Of a stretch of 64,000 nucleotides of DNA, positions 11,990-24,611 are shown in pieces. Made by a program: the position numbers and the translations under genes. Position 1 is the first letter of the stretch. The number at the start of each line of letters is the position of its first letter. The stretch is from Takakia lepidozioides (Eukaryota; Plantae; Bryophyta): assembly GCA_030704615.1 (NCBI GenBank), contig CM060733.1, forward strand, positions 67,456,001 through 67,520,000, given 5' to 3'. The notes below the pieces were generated by a model. That model was not told the origin of the DNA. It did not search any database and worked only from the letters and a program-made list of their open reading frames with translations.

Positions 11990-13448
11990 CTACTCCATTC
12001 TATATACGTCTTTCGGCTCAGGCCAATTGAATGGCTTGCCCATGAACCAAAGTACTACATGGGCTAATGTGACTATCTCATTCTTGTTGTTGTCGTACAA
12101 CCTTTGTAGCATTGAATGCCAACAACCTCCCGTAAATTGGTCCTCGAAGATACCTTGATCATAATGAGCGTCACCATTTATTCGTACCGCTATCTTCTCA
12201 ACGGCAAATGCCTCCAACGTCATGTCGGGGGGGGGGCGTGACATTCGCATTAAAAACCGATGCAATATCTTTTTCCACCCACCATTTTTTTGCGAGTTCC
12301 CGGTCCAGCTTGTCTTGGTTTTCAAACTAGTACGACGAGGCTTTGCGTATGCCCAATGGGGTGGCTAAGCCCCAATCACACACCCCAATCTTGATCTCCT
12401 CGGTGTCATCTGGAAAATGCAACAAAATGTTGTCAGGGGACAAGTCGTTGTGCATGACATCATTCTTGTGGATAGCATCCATGATGCACACCAGTGCCCA
12501 TGCAAGTTTACTGCGCACTTTTCGGAAACGAAGCAAGCGATCGCATTCCTGGAGCTCTGCTTCCATTCCCCTTTGTTCCAAAATCACCCTATTGTCCGAA
12601 TCGTTGCCCCATTTTCTGTCAAGATTCATCATGTCGCGTATTATCCCCCCATTCCACCAGCGAGTGTAACCCTCTACCTCACGTGCATTCACAGCAAAAT
12701 ATGAGATAACACCCGGATGCTGGAACTTCACTGCCAAACACTCGTCGTTATGTTGTCTCAACGCCTTTTCTGGATTTTTGGATTTGGGATTTTTTCCCGC
12801 TAGCTCCCAACGCTCCGGTATTCTAGAATCGCCAACAATCCTACACTGACGGATCTTAACATACCCTCCTTCTTTGTAAGGGCCAATCTCTACCACCTTC
12901 GTAGTAGAGTTTAGGTAATAAAGACCAGTTGTGCCTCCCCCGCCCGATGACCTCGCCTTCCAAAGGACAACCCTAGTCCGGCGATGTGAATTCTGACTTG
13001 TCGAGCAAGCCCAATACTCAACACGCCGCATTAACTCAGCTTCGGCGGAGGACACTCGGCTTTTGGTTGTTCTACCCTTCCATGTCTTCATTAGCTGCCT
13101 GAAATTCCACGTGGCGTCTTTCGCCCTGCTTTGGATCCACCGATTGAACTTTGGCTTGTCCCTGTTCGCCGTCCACTTAGCCCCCGCCAAAGTGTTTGTC
13201 ATTTTCCTCTCCATATTTTGCTGAAAAATCTGATACCCCTCCTATCCATGCCTGACATAAGCACTCTTCAGCCTCATCCTGTCCCTACCCTTGAAATAAT
13301 CCACTACCACTTCTTTCACCCTATCCAAGGCATCCGGTCCCGGGTAGTTTGGCTTGTTGACCTGGCTATCCTGCTCGTGGGCACGTTTTCTCTTCCTTCG
13401 CCCCCCAGGCGACCCCGCCCCAGAACTTGAATTCACAACCCCCGACAT
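11990..13448 (-). pseudogene. Intronless Ser/Thr protein kinase (non-RD, HND catalytic loop), disrupted
   Basis: EGGYVKI, LAGK, HPGVI, MHNDLSPDNILL, VCDWGLA; in-frame TAG stops at 13242 and 12327; frameshift in the G-run near 12230. Confidence 0.85.
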
Positions 13449-14039
13449 TATATAAACCTTTGTCCACTACAGGGTCCAAAACCTTAGAAAACGACAATGA
13501 ACGCGTGTGGATGGTGTCTTCGTAGTTTTCTGCAAAAAAAACAGGCCGCCGGAGATCCGAAAATGGCAAAATGGTGATACGATGATTGAACCGTGAACAA
13601 GTGTGTGGGACTGACCAATAGAAAACCGACAAAACCTCCCCCCCAAAATAATCACCTTTGCACCTCCCGTTGGCAGTGCCAAGCAACGAAGTCCGAAAAG
13701 ACTACAAGATGCCAAGGAACCCCACCACAAGAGGGGCAAAAGTGATCAGAAAAAGAAGGGAGCATGGTTTATATAGGCGCCCACCAGCCCCCCCCCCCCT
13801 CCCCCAAAAAGCAAATGGCATTATGCTTGAAAAGGCGCGACTGGCCAGTTGCACCTCGCCACGCGCACTCACATGGGAGAGGTCAAGGGTTCAAAACCAC
13901 CTCTCCCAATCCCATTTGTTTCGTTTTTCCTGACCCGTGGCACCTCGCCACGTGGCTGGCCAGGCGCCACTTCATGATTAAGAAATTAAAAACAAAACGC
14001 CACACGGCGGGTCCCTGGATTTCTGAAAAAAAAAAAAAA

Positions 14040-14685
14040 ACACACGACCGCCGCATGGCGGTCGCTATATTTATAAAAACAAGAAGAGTGACCGCCTACT
14101 TGCGGTCACTTAATTCAAGATTCAAAATATAAATCAGCGACCGCCGCTAAATGTCAGTCGCTTCATTTAAAAAAAAATATTAAGTAAGCGACCGCCAAAC
14201 GGCAGTCGCTTAATTTAAGAATCAAAATCAAATTGAGCGACCGCCTCCAAATGGCGGTCGCTGTATTCTTTATTAACAAAAATAGCGACGGACGCCAAAT
14301 AGCGGTCGCTGCATTTTTCAAAAAATTAACTGAAGAAGCGACCGCCAAAGGGGCGGTCACTTTATTTAAGAATAAAAATAAAAATGAGCGACCGCTGCTA
14401 AATGGCGGTCGCTAAATTTAAAATATATATATAGCGACCGCCACATGGCGGTCGCTGTATTTTTACAGAATATATCAAAGATATAATAATATAATATAAT
14501 ATAATGCGAGCGACCGCCAATATGGGCGGTCGCTTCATTTAAAAATAAATAAATTACCAGCGACCGCCAATATAGGTGGTCGCTTAATTTAACAAAATAT
14601 TAAATTACAAGTGACCGCCCATATGGGCGATCGCTTTTATTTTTAAAATAATAAATTATAGGCGACCGCCAATATAAGCGGACAC
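14040..14685. repeat. Second GCGACCGCC/GGCGGTCGC palindrome array, inverted relative to the array at 433-1922
   Basis: About 11 units; flanks read ggcggtcgcttcattt, the reverse complement of aaatgaagcgaccgcc. Confidence 0.92.
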
Positions 14686-17600
14686 ATTTTTAAAAAGAAT
14701 TAATAAATATTAATAATTTGTCACGTCTGTTTTACACCGTGGCTGCCATGTCAAGGGTAGAAGTAAATCGTAAAAATCAAATGTAAAAAAAAATACATGA
14801 ATAAACGTCCGGATTCGACGTGACGTGACGGCCAACGTGTCAGCGCCACGTCACGTCAGGAATGATAACTAGGGTTCCACCCATGCCGCAGCGGAAGAGA
14901 AGACATAGGTAGGACACACATCCATCACAGATAATCAATTGTTTTGCATGTGATCATGCATGCTGCAAACACCCAGCACAGCCTTCACATATTTCCCCTT
15001 GAAAGGTGGGCCTTGCCCGTGAAGAGCCGTCACCCTCTTGTATTCATGGCACCCCGTCAAACAGCTTGATCGAACTACCCGAGCCTACCCGACATCCACT
15101 CATTCTCTCATACCTCTCAAGTCCAAGGGTCAGATCCAAATACACTCTTCTGTTACGCACGAGCATCGGGTTCGACTGATCTTCTAGAAACAAACAACAA
15201 TGCTGCCCCTTAACAAATGCACCCTAATATTCCATCTATGCAATGTGAAGTTTCCCCAGTAAGCAGTTTGAGTGATGCACTACATACATGCCCTGATTTC
15301 CCAGCTATTGCACCCACACTTGTTACATGCTCAAACTAACCATAGTTGCAATCAGACTTCCCTAATGGCAACAACGCAGGAAGTAATGCATCATGCAAGT
15401 GCGATTCCAGACACAAAAACAAACAGTGACCCAAATAGTCGATTTTTACTTCTTTATCAGTATAATCCTTCTACATACAAAATTCCGTGTCCCAACTTGA
15501 AGGCCAAGTCTCTCGTTCACGTCACCATCACCACCTCCACTTCTCTACTTCACTACCTCACTACCATCTCCCCAAAGCAAGAAGAAGCACCTTCTCACAA
15601 AAACTGCCTTAAAATCCAAGCTCTACTTGCCTGTGCAATTACTACACTTGCAGCTCCTATAGTCGACCACATCAACTAGCTCTGTCTAGAAAAACTAACT
15701 CAGCCGCCATAGCAGATGCTGACTAAGGAACAGGAAAGTAAATTGCAACCAAAAACTAAGGCATGTAAGCTGATGTCTGCTCCAGAATACAAAGTGTCAG
15801 CAGTTCGCCATACCCGTGCTTATGTGTTTGCATGAAGAACGTCGTCACTCATAAATCCCGCCGATCTATGGCACATGGATGTTTGGCGGATGGATGTTTT
15901 CATCCAATGAGTCATAATTCATCCATCACTACCATTCATCCAACTACTTAAATGTTGTAAAATCTTAAGTACTTAGCCCATCAAACAGTTGTAATAAAAT
16001 AAAAATAACCACATATTCACACTACATACAGGGATGCCTCGGCGTGAGCCTGGTCGCGTGAGCGCGTGAGCGCAACTGCGCTCACGCCATGTCACCTTGC
16101 GCCAATGCCACATCACGGGGCTCACTCCACGTCATCACACTTGAAGACCGCGTCACCACGCGCCCAGAAAGAAGTGGAGTGTATTCCCGCGGATTGGCAC
16201 CCTTTACCGCGGAAACAAGCTGGATGACATAATAAAAGGCATTGAATAAAGGATGGATGAATGTACAATTGGATGGTAAACAGATGGATGAGTGTGAAAA
16301 ATGAATGTAGATGGATGAATGAGGGATGGATAAGAGTCAAATGGATGAATGTATAATGGATGTTGAGCAATGACAAACATTCATGACAGGAAGATGCATG
16401 ACTAAAACTTTAGACGAATGCACAACGTATATGACATGAGTGTGGAAGGTTTGTCGGGTGGATTAAAGAGTACAGAGGATGAATGCACAATGGATGTTGA
16501 ACAAAGGAAAACATTCATGAATGGAGCACGCATGAATACACTGTAGATGAAAGCACAATGGATATGACAAGAGTGAGGGAGGTTTGTGAGATGGATTCAT
16601 ACATATTGCAATTTAAATGGTATACAATATATCCCCACTTCCTCTGCATCTAAGTCTAAGTATTAAAGAACTCCGGATCTACGCTGGCTACACCTACGGC
16701 CGGGCAGTAAAAATTCAGGGGATAGGGACTCGGCCGCGTGAAGTGCCATTGCTTCGGCATAACCAGGAAGCAGAAAATTGGAAAGGGGGCTGTCGAAAAC
16801 AGACTCGCCACAAATGACTGTATGTCCCGAAGATCCACCGCTGCTTTTCCTGAAAGACAGCCTGAAAAAGTTATTACTGTAACTTTCATGTTATTGAGAA
16901 ATTGAGTATGACTCCCAAAGTGGGTTTAGCACTTACTTACATGAAAAGTCGTTTTCGACCTGCTTATCTTCGGGATCGTCATCATTTCGAATTTGAATCC
17001 GATCAGTGTGTGTGCCTGAAGTGGAGCCAGACAAAAGGGGGAGAAGCACTGTGTTGTAGAGGTCATAATCACCCTCCATGCCAAAAAGGCTTCTTCCGCC
17101 TGCCTTGCATGCATGGTAAGTTGCTCCTGCACCAGACATGAGGACATGAACAGTTTGGTAGGGGGGATTTAAGCAAATGGAACTGGTGAAAGAAAATCAA
17201 TTCGGAAGGGATAGAACAAACCTGTGGACACAGAAAGATCGACCACCCATGCAGAGTGGTGGCTGTATGACTCCAACAGTATTTGCATGAACGCTGGGGA
17301 TTTTTCCTTTGCACCTCTCCAGGGAGTGCCATCTGGTCTCTTCAGGGTCTGACTGGACTGCATGAAGTTGTACAAAATATCATCGACATGCGGCTCATAG
17401 GGGGGGTTGACGAAACAACCCTGGTCAGAAATCTCAAAGCTGCGGATGGAGGATGGTGTCTTGGAGGTGCGAATCCTCCGCAGGCAGATCGCCTCGAACA
17501 TCCTCGTCTGCCAAAGATAGCAGGTTAGTGTGGTAAACACAATCTATAGTGGAAGTGTGTACATAGGCTATTCAGAACTCAGGCACAAAACAATCATTTT

Positions 17601-18270
17601 TATCACGAATCGGTGATGATAGGTGTCGATCATGACAGATTCTACTAGAGTGGAGCTGCAGAGAACATTGAAACTCATCATGAAAGCACAAGCAGAAGGG
17701 AGATGGCATACCAGCTGACCAGGGAAACCCCCTTTCACAAGGTAGAGGCTGTTCACACAATTCCATGTGCGCAAAACTTCAAACCCTGAAGACTTGAGGT
17801 ATGATGCCAATGCCCGACGACTATCATTGTCACATGACTGAAAAAGCAGAAGTGTCCCTGCATCAGAGAGGAAATTATTACAGAACCCGAACACCCAACT
17901 CCAGTAGTTGTCCTCGAATTTGTTCCAGCCTGGCGTCTTGCCCTTTGGAAGAACTTCTGGCACAGCCTGGCCATCCGAGATGTCGAGAATGACAATGTCA
18001 GCCGCATATGTTTTCTGCACACCGCACACGAAGGTGGGACCTGTGCTCACCTGCAACAGACATGTTTTTTATAAGAACGATGGTAAGAATGTTTTCAAAG
18101 AACCAGACTGAAATACTGCCAATGAAACTTTCAGAGAAAAAGGAAAGAAACTGGAATTCTCACCAGATTGAGGAATGAGATTATGTTGTCCCAGGTAGGC
18201 AAAGGCACCCCAGTGTATCCTCTCTTTCGACTCTGCATCATCGCCAGCCAACCCTCATTGACAATTTTAA

Positions 18271-19320
<1,050 letters not shown>

Positions 19321-20518
19321 CGGACCAACCTCTTATGAAAACAAGCGCCCACACAAAGCTAACATGGCGCACATTCACGCATACAGGTGTGGAGAGTATC
19401 CAAACACAAGAAAATGAAAACGGTAACTCCCCCACACCAAAAACACTACACGGTGTCGCTCCTGCAAGACACCTTTGCCCAAACCCAGACTGACTCTTGC
19501 CTCCACCTACGGAAAGGTTTTGGCCTATAGAGAGGGTGAAAGCCTACAAGGAAGAGAGACTAAAGCAATTCCTAATCCCAAGCATGCTCTCATCCCACTA
19601 CCTTTATCTCCACACTCTCTTACTTGCGTAATAAACAAGACTACCTTTCAAGGATCTCTCAAAAGAACTCTCTAAGAGCCCTCAAGACTCCACAAACTTG
19701 CCAAATATTGGCCTTCAAGGACCCCAAATAGTCCTCCAAATAGCCCTCCAAAGGCTCTTCAATGTGCCCTCCAAAAGCTCCTCCAAGGACCCCCCAAAGA
19801 TCCTCCAAATGCAATACTCCTCCAGATACACCATATATGTCATACACTTTTAATGAAAACGTAAGGCTTGGCATCAAACACGCACTAAACTGTGCGGGTA
19901 TTTCTTGCAGCAGTGAAGTCCTGCCCACTCTCCATCTCCTTTTCTTTCTCCTTCCCCTTGTCATTTTCCTTCTCTTTGGACTTGTCTTTGTCCTTTGGAT
20001 TTGCTGGTGAGATGGCTATGACATCAAGAGCCTTGTCTTTTGGTTTGCGGCCCGCCTTCTTTCCCTTCTGCGGCGTTCCCTGAGCATCAGGCTCCTTGGC
20101 AGCCAATGTTGCTATGTTTCTTTGGTACTCTTCGTCAGTCAGAGGCGCCAGCATCTCAGCATTATTGTTCAAATATTTCATATGCTGTTCTTGAAAGGTC
20201 GTGTGCTCCGGTGGGCAGTCAAGGTACCAGCCACAGTCTCTGAAGTGAGAAGGACTCCAGTCCTTCAATATCCCTGCAGTATACATGGTTGGATTGTTTG
20301 CAGGGTCCGACCACATGTCAAGATAGTCTGGAATACCGCTCAGGTGATTTCCTTCCATAAGCACATATTTCGTGTACCTATTAAACAGAAGATAAATCCC
20401 AACCCACCAAAGCGCGAAGTGAGTAAGATACAAGTAGCACAGAATGAAAAAAACATAGAATGAAATGGCTCTGAGAACTGCTCCAAGGACCTTTCAGGAC
20501 CACACGACTGCTCCGGAT

Positions 20519-20958
20519 GTGAATGTCATCAACGCCATTCAAAACAATCCATTCAATGATACTGTAAAAACACCCTAATCCACGTGAATGCAAACTCTCG
20601 CTTTGGATTGACACAAACATAGAAGTGAATGTCGTCAACGACATTCACTTTGGATTTGTAAATACACTGCTAATCAAGCCTAATGATTTCTCAAAAAAGG
20701 AAAAATCATTTGATGGAAAACAGAAAGTCGACTAAGGAACCCTCCCCCAAAACTGGTTTCCAATTGACATTCATAACGAACATAACACTGAGGACCTCAT
20801 AATAACAGTGGATGTGAATGGCGTCAATGCCATTCAGGGACATTATCAATTCTAATCAGGGACACTATAATTACCCCCTAAGCTCCTAATCCAGGTGAAT
20901 TCAAATTCTCGCTTAAGAATGACTCAGACAAATAAGTGAATGTCGTCAACGACATTCA
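20519..20958. repeat. Intronic imperfect palindrome GTGAATGTCGTCAACGACATTCAC, 4 copies, within a roughly 310-bp duplication
   Basis: Copies at 20519, 20625, 20814 and 20936; variants at 22832 and 22959. Confidence 0.8.
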
Positions 20959-23900
20959 ATTTGGATCTATGATTATAATCCTTATGAAGCCAAATTATTT
21001 CCCAAAAAATGCAGTAGAGTTTCCAGTATGATATTGCACCTGTACACAACTCGCATCATGGCCCACTCTCCTCCAACCTGACTGTCAAAGTCGTTGGACC
21101 GTAAAATGTTACCATCTTTGGAGAACTCTCGGAAAAAATAGTATCTACAGGTGAGACCTCTCCACTTCCTTATGTATGCCTCCAATGATATTTGGGGAGG
21201 GGAAACAATCGAAATGTTCAAGTCCTTCAAAGTCTATTCCAGCACAATGACGGCGCGCTTTTCAAGCTGCAAATTGTATATTTGTCAGTATTGCAAATAA
21301 GGTACTCATCACATAATTGAAGAAAAGAAAACGGCTTATTTGAATACACACCTGACTCCAAAATGTAGCCTTGTGGAGCCAGTTATCAAACACCAAATCA
21401 CTGATTCCTTCCACCTTTGTGCCAGGCTGTATGGTGCTCTTTGGGAACTGATTCAAGTCCTTTACTGTCTGATCTGAGTTCCATATCTCTAGCCACCTTA
21501 TTTTTGTTTGTGGGTCGACCATGGATATGGCCAACCGGTGCAATTTCTCCTGCTGCATCTCCGGATGCACATGCTTGTCATAGTGAGATTTGATCTGCTG
21601 AAGGAACTCAGAACCAAGTCCAAGATCTACTATTCTAAGCTGCTTTCCGAAGGCGGACATCAATTTGGTTCTTCGCATTTCAAACTCCTTCTTTATTGTT
21701 GCTTCCACACCCTTTGATGTCCTTAGTTCCTCTGGTGTAGTGCGGTAATATTCGGATTTTCCCTTCTCAGCTGCCTCTGCCAGTTCTTGCTGCATTGATT
21801 CAAATAGTGATTAGCACCGAAGGGACTACAAACATGTATTCAAAAAGTAAACTGAGTACAGACTCGGGCTTACCGCATACATGTACTCCAGAAATGCCTC
21901 TGGAGTCAAAGAATACCAAGTGCTTGCAGCTCTTCCTATTTTGCACTTCTTGATTATATTGGGTGGGAGTACTGTCCGAAAATCATCCAGCTTCATCAGA
22001 CCAATCCTCTGAATTCGGAATAGTGTGTGGACCAAGCTCGTTGTCACATGCGATTTCTCTGTCGATCTGCAAAAACATTGCAAACATTGCACTCCTTAAC
22101 TCTGTTTTTTGGGGATTAACAAGACACTACAGAGGGAATGAAATCTCTAGGATGACTTACTTGTTCACGTCGTGCATAGCTGTAAGAAGCCTAGCGATGT
22201 CGTTTCCAGGATCCAAAACCATTGCCTCCACAGCAACATGCTTGTCTTTGTCTTTCGTATGGTGTTTCTGGATGTATCCCATCCATGCCAGCAATCGGTG
22301 GTTGCCATCCCAGACGTAGAACATGTGGTTGCAGAATTGCTGGGTGTTCTTTCCCATCATGAGGCCCAGCTCGAACTCCTCATTGGCATCTTTCCAGCAC
22401 TCATCCCAGTTATCACTGATCTCTGGAGACACTAATGTGTTTTTCCCATTTATATCCGTCAGTGACACATAAAAAACTTGAGCACCAAGTCTGTATCCAT
22501 GCACAAAATCACTCTCCAATTTTGTTATGTCATGGGAAAGAGGTGGACGCACAACAGGCATAGATATCATCCGGCACAGAGGGATGTCCAGACGCCCTCC
22601 AGATACGAGCATGTCCCTTATAACCTCCTGAGAGTTTACCTTCTGGAATGACATGAGTTCTTTCACCTTGTCAAGGTAGTGCACTTCAGATTCATCTGCT
22701 TCATCTGTATTCTCTGAGCTTTTTCCAGACTCCTCCCCATCTCCAGATCCTTTCCCCTCTGATCCTGTAGGCTTGGACCTCACAGTTTTCTGCACGATGC
22801 CATTCAAATCTGACTGAGTAATATGCAAATAGTGAACGGCGGTAACGACCATCACTCCGTCTCGAAGGAACTCACAAGGAATGGTGTGAAACAAATTCAG
22901 AACCATCTACACAAGCAAAGCTGATCCTGCCGAATTCAAAACAAAAGCGAGAGTGATAGTGAACGGCGTTAACAACAATCACAAAAGATAAGGACCTGCC
23001 GGATCGGTGTTGTGTAATGACATATATGTGCAAGTGATTGGCGGCAACGACATTCAGTATAGTTTAGGGCGGACAGTAAGTGCAAATTATTCAGATTGAC
23101 TCCATTGTGATTACCGTTGCAAGCATTCACGGTTTCCTGTCTATGTCGAGAGTACTTTGCAATCCATACTCTACCTGAATCGAATGGCGTTAACAACGCT
23201 CGCAATTCAGCAGACTTCAATCACATGTTCCTGCTTAAGAAGGGAAGAGGAAGGACTGCTTGAAGGCAATCATATAGACTGTTTGATCTGAACAACGGTG
23301 ATTGACGGTACCGTCAGTCACCCACTCATTGTGCGGTAAACCCTTAACAGAGGAGTAGAAAGCAAATCACCGTTGTTTCATGGTGATGGTCGGTAGTGAC
23401 AATCCCTTTCTGGGACATTGAACTCAATCTCTACGCAGATCTTCAACAATGGCGCCTTCTTAGGTTTTGAAATTGGATCCCCTTCTGCAGCTTTCCTCTT
23501 CCCTCTCACATCTGCTGGAATTTATGTCTACTCTAGGGTTTCTAGACCTTCTCCCGGTTCAGCGTTCCTCGTGCTTCCACCTCCTTCAGTTTCCCTGCGA
23601 GACATCTCTGCATCCACAGGCTGGTTTCCAACGCGCATCGTTATCGCCGACTGTGTCACAGCCGCTGCCTCAGTCTCGGTCTGCTCTTGTGAATCAGTCT
23701 CCGCGTTCACTTGCTGCCTTGGCCCTGTGTTCTCCAACAAACGACGCCTCGTCATTTGCTCTCTTGCTCTGCGTCTCTCTCTAAGGAAAGTAAAATAAAG
23801 AGACTTTCTTGTCTTTCGTATAGTAGAAGGAACCCTCTCCAGCTTGACTACCACTCTCCCTCTAAGCGCGAAAAGTTGGAAAACGAAGTGACTCCCAATT

Positions 23901-24611
23901 TCTTGCGGGATTGCGTTCGTTGTTGCTTGTCTCTAGAAGCATCGGATTCCCTCTCGCGTGACCGTTACACATAGTCGTTCCCTTATTAGTGCACATGCCA
24001 ACAATTAGTGTACAGCTGTTCGAATTCAGTTATCGATGTCTGGCGTGTGTCGCCCAAAATAAACGGCGTGTTTTTTATTAGAACGGTTCCAATATTTAAA
24101 AATAACAGCGAATCCCAGAAATTTTGGCGCACAATCTTAGACAAATATATGTAAATGAACGAGAGTTTGATGACAAATTTTGGGATATCATACACGGTCA
24201 TCCTTGTTAGCCAACCCCATGTTCGTTTCACATTTTGAACTTTCCAGGTGCGCATGATCATTGGTAGTAGTACAAAGATACATTTACTTAATCTGCAATC
24301 CCACCCTCAGACCCTGTGGCATGCTTCCAGGAAGTCGGCTTGTTATTGTGTTTGTTAATGAGGTTCTGATTAACGGTTTAACAGCTGCCGACATTGCTCC
24401 TAGGGATACTCTGACCACTGGGCCCACAAGAAAAGTAATTAAAATGGACGGTTGCATATCTGGAAATAATAACAGAATATGCACAGTCGTCGTCTGAGCT
24501 TCCTCCGCCATATTCTCTGCTCATTCTTCAACTGTGTTATGGAGACATCAGTAAACCGATTTACACTGAAGGTCTGCGATAGCAAGGTATCAACGTACGC
24601 GAGGAAGGAAG

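Noticed and set aside
14816-14872. Hairpin followed by CTAG resembling a Helitron 3' end
   Set aside because: CTAG is followed by G rather than T, the hairpin is atypically long, and no matching 5' end or Rep/helicase is seen
19450-19860. Additional LTR-like segment with ctccaa repeats
   Set aside because: No second copy, PBS/PPT or TSD visible to support a call
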